Source: Dictyostelium discoideum (Eukaryota). Taken from it: DNA of 64,000 bases. The stretch lies in assembly GCA_000004695.1 (NCBI GenBank), contig CM000151.3:1856001-1920000 (forward strand), in the 5' to 3' direction. This document shows positions 21,421 through 32,929 of the stretch, in pieces; positions within the stretch are counted from its first letter, which is position 1, and the number at the start of each line of letters is the position of its first letter. Below the pieces are notes generated by a model that worked only from the letters and a program-made list of their open reading frames with translations, ran no database searches and was not told the DNA's origin. Both the position numbers and the translations under genes were made by a program.

Positions 21421-22127
21421 CAATAATGAAATCAAAAATGAATCCAAAAAGAATAATATAAATTTTATTTTATTTATAATTTTATTCTCAAACAATTTTA
21501 ATTATTTAGATTAATCTATTATTTTAGATCTAAAATAAAAATAACATTCCCACCAAAAACAATGATTGAGTATGTATAAAAATGATTATTTTGAGTGGAT
21601 TTGTGTTTAAAATATAATATAATAAATTTTGTACTTGTTTTTAATAATCATTTTTAAAAAATATATTTTTTTTTTTCTTTTATTATATTATTATTTATTT
21701 TTTTAATATTTTTTTTATTTTTTAATTTTTTATATAATAATAAATATTTTTGTTTTTTTTATTAAGTGTGTGATTGGGAATTTAAATTATAATTTAAATT
21801 ATATATAAATTAAAAATATAAACACTTCTCATAAACTACTTTTTATGGCAATGGGTGAAAAAAAAAAATAATATTCATTTAATTAAAAAAAAACACACCC
21901 TAAAAAAGTTTAATATGAATAAATAGTATTTCAATATGATGAAAGAAACATCGAGTGGTGAGTGTGGTAAACTTAACACAGTGTTTAATAAACATGATGA
22001 GAAATATTGAAAATCATACAACAAAACTGATAAATTACTAGGATGTGTGAGTGTGTTGAAAAACATTTTCAATAAATAATGTGATTATTTTTTAATTCAA
22101 TATTGAAGCATTACCTTATTATTATTA

Positions 22128-22158
<31 letters not shown>

Positions 22159-22398
22159 CAATATTGAAGCATTACCTTATTATTATTATTTTTTTTTTTT
22201 TTATTTATAATTTTTTTTTATTTATTCCTAATCATAACACTATAAATATTTATATTTTTTTTATTATTGAAGCTTTACATTATTATTTTAAATATATTTT
22301 TTTTTAATTGATTTTTATTTTAAATCATAAACATTAATAATAAATTAATAAACACATTCTCAAAAAAAAAAAATTTTAATATTAAAAAAAAATCAAAA

Positions 22399-24672
22399 AT
22401 GAAAATTATTATATTATTTTTTATATTATATTTAGTTTCTGTTACGCTCGGAGTTTTAATTGAACCAGTTTTCAAGGGCAAATATTTAATATTTAAAAAT
22501 AATTTTAAAAATTCTTTTGATGGCAATCTAATTCACCATTATTATCAGATACACATGCCAACACTTGACCATGTAAATTTTTAGCAATATCAATTGTCAT
22601 GACAGCAGCGCATGTTCTTGTTGTGCTATTATTTTTACATTCAAAAACCAAGTCATAGATAAAATCTTGAAAATTTCATTTTTGAAAATATGTACTATCA
22701 ATATCATATGTATATTCCAATGATTGTTTTGTAATTTTAAAATCTGAAATTAAAATAAAATTATTAGAAAAAATTAGTGTTGGAGATATCGATATCTTTT
22801 AAAAAAACACAATGTATCGACAAATGATTTATCCTATTTAGTTTTTTATCGACTCAATTTTTAAAAACAAATAAAATGAGGTAGTTATTAATTTTAAATT
22901 ATTTTGTTAAAAAAATGCAACTCTTTTTTTTTTTTTTAGGTAATCCTTTAGGTGACTCAATAGATGCTACAAATTTATTACTCGATTATAAAGGTGGTTG
23001 TGGTACGAGAATAATTCAGTGGCCAAACGGTTATAAATATAGCTTTAATCATTCTAATCCAGTAATTGATAATATCTCTATTGAAAGCTCATCTTTTATA
23101 TCACTTGGTCATAATTTTTGTAATAGTCCCGAGTCAATTCAAGTTTATTTAGATGGTGTTCAAATTGATAAATCAAAAATAAAATAAAATCAATTGATCA
23201 TGAACAATTTGAAATTATTTACAGTCAAGAACATTCAAAATCCATCATTGTGAAAATTGTCTCTGGTGGACTTGAATCAAACAAATTCAAATTAGACTAC
23301 AAACCAATGCCATTAAAAATTAATAGTGTTCCAAGATTAAAAGGTGGTTCAATTACAATAATTGGTGAAAGATTATCATCACAAGTAAATAATTCAACAA
23401 TCATTGTTAAAATTGGTCAATATGATTGTAAAAATGTAATCTCATCAAAAAATGAAATTCTATGTAATTTAGAATCGGTTTCAAATGTTGAAAAAGTCAA
23501 ATTGGTAGATTTACCAGTTAATATCTCAATAAATGGCATTTTTAATGAAAATAATTTATTATTCTCATTCGATACTCCAATAATATCAGATTTTATACTT
23601 CCTCAAGGTGAAGTTAAATTAGTTGGCCATTGTTTTGGTTATTCACAAATAACTCAAATTAATATTGACAATGTATTACAATCCAACATAACAATTAATA
23701 TAAATGAAAAAGAAACAACACTTTTATTTAAGCCAATTCTTCCAATTAAAAAATCAAAGTTATATATAATTGTCAATGGTACAAAATCAAATACTATTGA
23801 AATTGATTCATCATTTTTTGTAAAAAGTGTTCCATCATCACCTTCAGTAAATGGCCAAACTGTAAACTTTACACTTTTCAATATAAACACAAATAATTTT
23901 AATGCAACACCAATTATGACTTTTCAAGATAATAGTTCAATTAAATCAACTGATTATAAAAATTCAAATGAATATTCCACTCATATATACTCTTTTGAAA
24001 TTCCAAAAAGTTGTGGTAGAAATGAAATTACAATAAACAAGTTTACAATTGTTCATTTATAAAATATAAATCTATCTCTTGTGATATTAAATTAGAAGGT
24101 CCGTTTGATCAACTTTGTAAAATCAAATTTAATGGTAAAGATGAGGAGAACAACATTTCAATATCATATTATCCTCCATTAGTATTAAATTCAACAACGA
24201 TTTCAAATTCATCGATTGGTGGAATTATTACAATTTTTGGTAATGAATTTTATAATGAAATTGATTTAATTACAGTTGGTAAAAGCAAATGTTTAAACTC
24301 TACATTTATAAATTCAACATCAATTTCATGTTTTGTGGAACCTTCAAATTTTATTATTAATCAAGCCAAACAACAACAACAACAACAATATGTTAACATT
24401 ACAATTAATGGTAAAAGTGGTGGCAATAATTTAAATATTTATTTTGATAATTCATTTATTGAAGTTAAAAATTAATCAAGCGAAAATGATAAAAACAACA
24501 ACAACAACAACAATGGTAGAAATAAAATTAATGATGATAGTAAAACTGATGGTAGAAGTTTGTATGAAAAATATAAAAAATATTTTATAGCACCTATAAT
24601 AATCGTTAGTTTGTCATTAATTATAGTTGCCTTTAAACTTATACTTTACTTTAATAGAAAAAATGGGCTGTA
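22399..24672 (+). pseudogene. IPT/TIG-repeat type I membrane protein (Tgr / LagC-like cell-surface family) carrying disabling lesions; probable pseudogene or a gene with sequence errors.
   Basis: Signal peptide MKIIILFFILYLVSVTLG at 22399. A possible 366-nt intron (GTAAAT at 22573 ... TTTTTTAG at 22938) joins in frame to GNPLGDSIDATNLLLDYKGG. There are at least three IPT-like repeats (PMPLKINSVPRLKGGSITIIGERL..IIVKIGQYDCKNV..ILCNLE; [48 protein letters not shown]). The reading frame is broken in A-runs near 23180 and 24050. There is an in-frame TAA at 24474. A TM segment FIAPIIIVSLSLIIVAFKLILYF and the short tail NRKNGL* end at 24672. Confidence 0.4.
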
Positions 24673-24747
24673 GTCTATTGGAAATATATTATAAAAGAGA
24701 AAATAAAAAAATTTAAAAATAGAAAAGAGCAAAAATGTATAGATGGT

Positions 24748-25083
24748 ATGAGAGAAATATTAAATAATGCAGAGAAAAATTTTCCTGACATAAAATTAGA
24801 TAATGTAATAACTTATAAAAAGTATAAAATGCCACAAGAAAAAAGTGTAGAAGGAGAACTAAAAGAACAAGCACCTCCTCTAAGTGAATATGACCAATTT
24901 CCAAGTTATTATTTACATTCACCAAAAGATTCACAACCTTCAAATCAAATTGAAACTTTACCAAAAGATTCACCTCCTCCAAATCAAAATGAAAAATTAA
25001 CAGAAGATTCATTACCACCTTCAAATCAAATTGAAACGTTACCAGAAGATTCATCACCACCTCCAAATCAAACTGAAAAATAA
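24748..25083 (+). CDS. Short ORF encoding a Pro-rich 12-aa tandem repeat (SPPPNQ-I/N-E-T/K-L-P/T-E/K-D); a separate small gene or an out-of-frame tail of the preceding Tgr-like locus.
   Basis: Track ORF 24748..25083. The repeats are visible in both nucleotide and protein sequence. The antisense ORF 24713..25090 mirrors the same repeat. Coding status is uncertain. Confidence 0.25.
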   Translation: MREILNNAEKNFPDIKLDNVITYKKYKMPQEKSVEGELKEQAPPLSEYDQFPSYYLHSPKDSQPSNQIETLPKDSPPPNQNEKLTEDSLPPSNQIETLPEDSSPPPNQTEK

Positions 25084-25293
25084 CAGACAATTCATCATCT
25101 CGAGATGGACCATCAAGCTCTTCATAATTTCTTTTTTTTCTTTACTGGACCACTTTCTGTATTTTTAATAATTACAGATTGGAACCCACCAAAGCTATTA
25201 CTATTATTATTATTGTTGTTGTTGTTGTTATTATTTGTAGTATTCATACCACTTGCAAGATCTGCTAATGGGTCAAATACCATTGGTTTATTA

Positions 25294-25531
25294 TTAATCG
25301 ATTAAAGTTGGTTGTTGTTGTTGGGATGATTGGAAATTTGGTGTTGCTGGTGAAGGTCCACTTCCACTTGCTGCTCTTGGTCTACTTCTTTCGCCAGATG
25401 CTGCATTTGGATTATTTTGGATATGTATTATATAATCCAAAAGCCATAAAAAAAAAATAAAACTCACCTGCTCTATTACTATAATTTTCATATTCTGCTC
25501 TAGTATTACTATATGGATCCGAATCATATGA

Positions 25532-25581
<50 letters not shown>

Positions 25582-25884
25582 AACCTTCATCTCTACCATT
25601 GAAAGAGTCTCTTCTGGTTGTTTCTCTTTGGTTACCACCATATGAATATCTTTGGTTACCACCATATGAATCTCTTTGATTACCACCATATGAATCTCTT
25701 TGATTACTACCATATGAATCTGAATCATAACCACCACCATATGAGCCACCTCCATAACCAAAGTCACTGTTATCATTACCAATACCAACATATTTATTTT
25801 GGTTAGTCTTTGCTTTATCTCTTTCCTCTTTAATTCTTTGATCATCTTGTAATAAATCAATAACTTGTTTTGCTCTTTCACGAA
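25294..25884 (-). CDS. C-terminal two exons of an epsin/ENTH-like protein (last ENTH helix plus Gly/Tyr/Asn/Gln-rich tail); join(25884..25459,25400..25294) on the minus strand; 5' exons not found.
   Basis: The minus strand reads VRERAKQVIDLLQDDQRIKEERDKAKTNQNKYVGIG, which is close to the final ENTH helix of epsins (VREKAKQLVALLRDEDRLREERAHALKTKEKL). It is followed by SYGGNQRD repeats and poly-N. A GTGAGT donor lies at 25458..25453. A 58-nt intron ends AAATGCAG. The last exon reads ASGERSRPRAASGSGPSPATPNFQSSQQQQPTLID*. The exon begins at a TTTTAAAAG acceptor (25885/25886) with no ATG in the 175 bp before the neighbouring gene. Confidence 0.5.
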
Positions 25885-26059
25885 CTTTTAAAATAAATTG
25901 TTTATTTAAAAAAATATTTTGTTATTATGTGAATTCAATTTTTAAAAAATAATGAAAAAAAAAAAAAAAGGATGTAAATATTGATGATAATACTAAACTT
26001 TAAACAAAGGATCTTTTAATAAAAAAAAAGACACAAACCACTTTTTTTGTTTTTTTAAT

Positions 26060-27429
26060 TTATTTTGAATTAATTAAAAGATTATAAACTACAAATGATT
26101 TGGTTTGATCTTTTTTAAAATTAGGAATACTTTCAATTGCTTTTACGATTTGAGCTTCAGATATTTTAAAACCCATTTGATTAATAAAGAATTCGACAAT
26201 ATAAAATTGATCCCAACTAATAGCATGTTCCAATAATAAAGATAATTCTTTTTGAGTGTAAATTGAATTATTATTTGAAAGTTTCTTTGTTAAAACTCTA
26301 CGATATTGTTGATCATAAAATAAATGTTGAATTATTCTTAACCAACCATTTTTAATTACACCCTTTAAAAATTCGAATAGAGTTTCTTTGGCACTTTCAA
26401 TACTCACTTCAAAATCGGTACCATCAAATATTGGAAAATAAAATTCATTTAATAGTTTACATAATAAATTGATATCACCACTTTTTTTTACCCAATCTAA
26501 TAATTCCAAAATAACTTGATAATAGGGAGATGGATAACGTGGAATTCGATAATTATTTTCAAAAATCCATTTATTATTAATTTTATCATTTGAGAATATT
26601 GATTTTATACTATTATTATTATTATTATCTAATTTATTTGATATGAATAAACCAATATAATAACCTTTTGAAATTGTAAATCTACCAGATATTAAATCTT
26701 CATATCTAAAATTAAACATCCAATCAAGTAATTTAATTTTATTTGAATTCATATAATTATCATTTAAATGATCATTAAATTCCATTCTATTATTAGTTTT
26801 ACTAAGGATGGTTATTATATCATCAATATCTAATCTTGGATTTCTATTGATTTCTAAATAATGTGTAATTGCATCTTCTGTATATTTATAAATTCCAATT
26901 GGTTTATTAATTATATATGCTGCTGTTTTAATTAAATTTGATCTTTCAAAATTACTGTTATTTTCTTCAAGAATATTTTTTGAAAATGGTAATAATAAAT
27001 CTATATTACTATTGCTATTATTATTATTATTATTATTATTATCACTACTATTACTATTATTATTATTAGTAATTCCTAATAATTGTTCAAATCTTTCTAA
27101 TAAATCAATTCTACCTAGTGAATACCATGATACCATATCTTGAACTCTTTTAAAGAAACTATTTAAATGGTGAAAACAATAATCTAACATTTTAATTGAT
27201 TTAATATGTCTATGAAAATATGAAAATGATGAAAGGTATCCCTGATGTAATGCCATCATTGACTCTTTTTCAAGTACTTTTATTATATTAGAACAATTAT
27301 TATTAACAATACTATCCTCACCACCATATCCTTTAATTGCGATTTCAAGTAACTCTAAATCATCATATGATATTAATAAATGAAATATTGTGAATACTGA
27401 TAAATTTGACCATTCCTTATTCTTATTAT

Positions 27430-27525
<96 letters not shown>

Positions 27526-28034
27526 GATCATTTATTGCATTATTTATAAATTGAATTCTTTGTTTTTTACTATGACAATTTGAAAATAAAATATATGGAT
27601 ATTCTTCACCATGATTACTAACAGATTTGAAATTTTTAAAAATAGGTGGTAACACTTTTGAATCACCATAATGGTTAACTATAAATTTAAATAATTCGTA
27701 ATTTCCATACTCTAATGAAATAATTAAAAAGTATTCCCTTGGATATGGACTAGATGGAAGATGTGCTTTAAATATATCTTTATCAAAATCTAAATTAAAT
27801 ACTATTCTAATTTCAATTTGTTGAATAATTGTTCTACGAATTGGACTTTTTTCTTCACAAAAATCAATTAACTTTTTAATATTTGCTGTAGTTTGTTGAT
27901 AATTATTATTATTACTATCTTCATCATTTATTAACTTTGGTATTATTGATTTTATTTGAAGTTTAAGTTGAGAATTTGATAATTTTGATTTAATTTCATT
28001 AATTAATGGTACAATCAAATTTAAATCATCATTG

Positions 28035-28075
<41 letters not shown>

Positions 28076-28567
28076 TATATATGAAATTGAATAACAATAA
28101 TTTATTAAATCATTAATTGTAAATTTAGTTATATTAGTGGTACTTTTAATATTTATTTTAATTAAATCATCAAAAAGATTTTTTGTAACTACAGAAGATT
28201 GTAAAAAAAGGTAATTTAAAAATTTATATCTTTTTGGCGGATTTGAACGATGAGAATTTCCATTTGATTGGTTTATTAATAAATTTGTTAATAAACCTTT
28301 AATAATACAATTAGTTTTATCAGTATAAGTTTCCCAAAAATATTTAAACATTTTTAAATGTGAATGTATATTTATTAAATTTAAAATGTTTACCAACGAT
28401 TGTTCTTTTATTTTCCCATTTTTAGGTCCAAATTTACAATAGTTAAAATAATTATCTAATAAAACTTGAAATCCTTGAAAATTACCCACCTCTATTAATT
28501 CTTTTAAAACTTTTTTAAAACTAATAAAATATTTACCATAATTTCTAAATAACAATTCAAAGAATTC

Positions 28568-28666
<99 letters not shown>

Positions 28667-29245
28667 TGTTGGTGCATTTGTTTCTTTTTTATTTGATTTA
28701 TATTCTTTTTGAATATTAATAAATATATTTAAATACCATTCGGATTGTGGACAACGACCATCATAATAATAATTTCCAATTATTGGTTCATTTCTTTTGA
28801 TTTTATCTTTTAATAAATTTAAATAACCATTATTTAAAATCCAATCAATGTAAATTAAATCATCATATGAGTGATATTTACAATTTAAATTACCAAATAT
28901 GGTTTTAAATAAGATTTTATTTTTAAAAACTCTCCAAAATAATTGTTCATGTTTTTCAATATCTTTGATTGGTAATTGATAAATGCTACTATTAAATTTA
29001 TTAATTAATTTCTCTTTTGTTAATTCTTGTTTAATATTTCTTGAATCGTTCACAAATTTCTTTATTCTTTCAATTATTTCACTTTTTCTACCATTTGCTT
29101 TTAATTTTAATGTTTTTGCAACTTTTATTAATTCTCTACTTGATTTTGATTCTAATGATTCCATATCAATATCTTCTTTATTAGTGTCTAAATTATTTAT
29201 ACTATCATTCTCTTTTTTAAATTCATCTGTCTCATTATTTATCAT
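26060..29245 (-). CDS. Second member of the lineage-specific LFWK/RVxKNKxLF family (1061 aa), with poly-Asn tracts.
   Basis: Uninterrupted 3.2-kb ORF. The N-terminal region EQLFWRVFKNKILFKTIFGNL ... WILNNGYLNLLKDKIKRNE is paralogous to 13111..17250. A degenerate partial copy lies immediately upstream (29687..30390). Confidence 0.6.
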
Positions 29246-29686
29246 TTCAATTCAAAGTTTATTTGGGGTGGAATTGAAAAAAAAAAAAATGATCAAAAAA
29301 AAAAAAAAAAAGTAAAATAAAAAAAAAAAAAAATAATGAAAATAAAAAAAATTTAAGAATTAATTTAAAAAAAAAAAAATATTAAAGATCTAAAATAACC
29401 ACGATATTAAAAACACCCGACGATAACCCATACTGCCATCTCTTCATTTACTGTACCAAAATCAGACACATTATAATATTCCGATTCTCTCTGAAAACAT
29501 TTGTAACAATACCCGCAATCCTCATTTACCATCCACAACACATTAAAACAAAAGTGGAGCTCTCTACACATTAACACTTCCTTCTCCCTCATTAACTACA
29601 AACTAAAACATTACACTCTAAAACAAAAATTAAATAACAAACAATAAGCAAAGGAATATTACCTTACATTAGAAATTTATTTATTT

Positions 29687-30390
29687 TTTATTAATTAAAA
29701 GATTATAAACTACAAATGGTTTAGCTTCATCTTTTTCAGAATTTATAATTGCCTTTGCGATTTGAGGTTCAGTTATTTTAAACCCATTTGATCAACAAAG
29801 AATTCGGCAATATAAAATTGATCCCAACTAATAGCATGTCTCAATAATAAAGATAATTCTGTTTGAGTGTAAATTGAATTATTACTTGAAAGTTTCTTTG
29901 TTAAAACTCTACGATATTGTTGATCATAAAATAAATGTTGAATTATTCTTAACCAACCATTTTTAATTACACCCTTTAAAAATTCGAATAGAGTTTCTTT
30001 GGCACTTTCAATACTCACTTCAAAATCGGTACCATCAAATATTGGAAAATAAAATTCATTTAATAGTTTACATAATAAATTGATATCACCACTTTTAAAA
30101 GCCAATCGATGTCATTTATATCATCATATGAGTGATATTTACAATTTAAATAATTAAATATGGTTTTAAATAAAATTTTATTTTTAAAAACTCTCCAAAT
30201 TCTTTCAATTATTTCACTTTTTCTACCATTTGCTTTTAATTATAAAGTTTTTGCTACTTTTGTTAATTATTAACCAGATTTTGATTCTAATGATTCCATA
30301 TCAATATCTTCTTCATTATTATTATAATCTGTCTCATTATTTATCATTTAAGTTCAAAGTTTATTTGGTTTGTGGAATTAAAAAAAAAAA
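29687..30390 (-). pseudogene. Decayed, internally deleted tandem copy of the gene at 26060..29245 (3' 450 bp plus short internal pieces plus 5' end).
   Basis: 29690..30100 matches about 26070..26480 at 90% identity or better, with a 1-nt deletion (ttttaaaaccc vs ttttaaaccc) causing a frameshift. 30100..30180 matches about 28860..28930. 30185..30245 matches about 29060..29110. 30290..30385 matches 29160..29270 (the 5' end, start codon and upstream AAAGTTTATTTGG box). The 110-aa ORF 29773..30105 is 95% identical to the parent C-terminus. Confidence 0.7.
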
Positions 30391-30872
30391 AAAAAAAAAA
30401 AAATTTTATGTTTTGGTGGAAATAAAAAAAAAATAATTAAAGCCCCAAGAAACTCAAAAGCGCCAAAAGTTAACTTGGTGTATTAATGAAAAAAAACCAT
30501 GATATTTAATAAGGGGAGTCGAATAGAAAATAAAAAAATATAAGTAAAAAAAATAAAAAAAAAGAGGCGACAAACCAACCAGCGTCGCATAAAATTACTT
30601 TTCACCACTTTAATGCTGAAATTTTTACATTCAACCTTAATATTTAAACAAACAAAAATTGAAAAACAGAGCGGTTATTTTGATTTGAATAAGAAAATTA
30701 TGACCAAAAATAAATAGATAAATATTTTATTAAACATAAAAAAAAAAAGTAAAAAAAAAAAGTAAAAAAAAATAAAAATAAAGATAATAATAAATAGAAA
30801 AAATAAATTACAAGATTGTTTTTTTTTTTTTTTTTTTTTATTTGTTGAGTAACTTTTAAAACTTCAAACTAT

Positions 30873-31127
30873 TTAAAAGAAATGACCATGATGTCCGTGG
30901 TGTCCATGGTGACCATGATGACCATGATGGTGGCTAGTTTCGATGACAACATTGGTTGGTGGATAAACTACTGGAGCACCCATAACGACTTGTGGTTGAA
31001 CCATCATTGGTGGTTGACCATAAACTGGCATTGGTTGAACCATTGGTTGGACAATTGGGGTAGTTGTGTAAGTAACGTGTTCGTGGTGACCGTGATGACC
31101 GTGATGATGATGACCGTGTGGAGGCAT
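30873..31127 (-). CDS. His-rich small protein, paralogue 2 (MPPHGHHHHGHHGHHEH ... PIVQPMVQPMPVYGQPPMMVQPQVVMGAPVVYPP ... HHHGHHGHHGHHGHHGHFF).
   Basis: Same architecture as 19234..19548. The Dictyostelium start context is an A-rich 5' flank. Confidence 0.5.
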   Translation of the reverse strand: MPPHGHHHHGHHGHHEHVTYTTTPIVQPMVQPMPVYGQPPMMVQPQVVMGAPVVYPPTNVVIETSHHHGHHGHHGHHGHHGHFF

Positions 31128-31721
31128 TTTGTTTTATATTATATTTATTTAATGTTTGAAAAAATTTAATGAATGAATGAAAAAAAAAAAAATAAGTTTT
31201 TATATTGTTTTTTTTATTTTATTATTTTTTTTTTTTAATAATTTTTTTTTTTTTTTCAAAAAATCAAGTGACGTCAAAAAAAGATTTTTTTAATATTTCG
31301 AAAGAAAATTAAAAATTTGGGAGTTTAAAAAAAAACAAAAATTCGAAAATAAAAAGATATTTTTTTTTGTTTTTTATTTCACAATTATTTTTTCTCAAAA
31401 TTAAATTATCAAAATGTTATAACTTTAATTTTTGACCTGATTAAAATTAATTTTATTATATTTTATTTTATTTTTAGAATTTTTTAAAAAAAAAAAAAAA
31501 AAAAAAGTTTAATTTTTACCAATTTTCTCAATTTCTCTTTTTTTGTTTAGGAATATAGGGTTTTAGATTTCATTTAATATAACAATAAATATAAAAATTA
31601 AAAAATAAAATAATAGGTTTTTTTTATTATTATTTTTTTATTTTAGGTAATAATTAATTATAATACAAAGTTTTTTTTTTTTATTTTTGTTTTTGTTGAA
31701 AACTTTTGTTATTTGAATAAT

Positions 31722-31991
31722 TTAGTGGTGACCATGATGACCGTGGTGGTGATGATCATGATGACCATGATGGCCATGGTGATGATGATGTCCATGGTGG
31801 TGACCAGTTTCTAAGACAATTGTAGCTTGTGGATAAACTACTGGTGGTTGAACATAAACTGGTTGGACAACTGGTGGTGGTGCATAAATTGGTTGAACAA
31901 CTTGTGGTGGTGCATAAACTGGAGTGATTGTAATATGTTCATGGTGACCATGGTGACCATGGTGATGATGATGATGACCGTGTGGAGGCAT
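31722..31991 (-). CDS. His-rich small protein, paralogue 3 (core repeats PVYAPPQVVQPIYAPPPVVQPVYVQPPVVYPQ).
   Basis: MPPHGHHHHHHGHHGHHEH ... GHHHGHHHHHGHHGHHDHHHHGHHGHH*. Confidence 0.5.
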   Translation of the reverse strand: MPPHGHHHHHHGHHGHHEHITITPVYAPPQVVQPIYAPPPVVQPVYVQPPVVYPQATIVLETGHHHGHHHHHGHHGHHDHHHHGHHGHH

Positions 31992-32567
31992 TATGTTGTT
32001 TTTTCTTTTTTTTTAAACTAAATTGAAAAATTATTTATTTATATCTTTGTTATTTGTTGTTTGTTTATTTTTTTTTTTAAAAAAGCTAATTGAAATAATA
32101 AAAAAAAAAAAAAGTTTTTATAACCGTTTATTTTTTATTTTTATTTTTTTTTTTTTTTTTTTTTTTTTTTTGTAACTTTCAGATTTTTAAATAAAAATTC
32201 AAATAAAACAGTAGTCTGAAATTAAAAGAAATTTGGTAAAAGGCTGTTTTTTTTATTGGCGTCCTTATGTCGCCAATGTTAAAAGTAATTCTTGTTTGGA
32301 TTCAATTATTAAAAAAAAAAAAAAAACATCAACTTCTTTTTGAAAAAAAAAAACAAAAATTACCAGTGTTGTTTCACTGATTCCAAACCAAAAAAAGGAA
32401 TTATTATAAATTACAAGTATAAATAAATATTATTTTATTGATTATTAAAATAATTACCCAAATCTTAAATTAAAAAAAAATAGTTATTTAAATTTTAATA
32501 ATTTTCCATTTTTTTTTTAAATTTAATTAAAAATAATTTACAATATGTTTGATTTATATTCTTTATT

Positions 32568-32632
<65 letters not shown>

Positions 32633-32647
32633 GGATATTTTATCTAT

Positions 32648-32929
32648 TTAAAAGAAATGACCATGGTGGTGATGGTGATGGCCATGATGGTGGTTATCAG
32701 TTTCATAGACAATAGTTGTGGTTTGTGGATAAACTACTGGTGGTTGACCATAAATTGGTTGAACTACTGGAGGTTGGCCATAAATTGGTTGAACTATTGG
32801 AGGTTGACCATAAATTGGTTGAATACCTACTACTGGAGAAATTGGTTGAACAACTTGAGCTCCATAAACTGGGGTTGTAGTATAAGTAATTTCTTCATAA
32901 TGACCGTGATGATGATGATGATGACCCAT
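32648..32929 (-). CDS. His-rich small protein, paralogue 4 (core repeats PIYGQPPIVQPIYGQPPVVQPIYGQPPVVYPQ).
   Basis: MGHHHHHHGHYEE ... DNHHHGHHHHHHGHFF*. The nucleotide-level repeats of ccataaattggttgaac are obvious on the plus strand. Confidence 0.5.
   Translation of the reverse strand: MGHHHHHHGHYEEITYTTTPVYGAQVVQPISPVVGIQPIYGQPPIVQPIYGQPPVVQPIYGQPPVVYPQTTTIVYETDNHHHGHHHHHHGHFF

Noticed and set aside
21875-22072. Minus ORF 21875..22072 and the short plus ORF MMKETSSGECGKLNTVFNKHDEKY at about 21930.
   Set aside because: They are short, with no conserved features or splice partners. They are probably chance ORFs in the promoter region upstream of the Tgr-like locus.
25294-25881. Track ORF 25294..25881(-) translated as MKEQNKLL...MVVIKEIHMVV... 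in a single frame.
   Set aside because: Only its last 35 aa are real, being the terminal exon. Upstream of the 58-nt intron (25458..25401) the true reading frame is a different one (the ENTH-like SYGGNQRD frame). The track ORF is a frame artefact spanning an intron.
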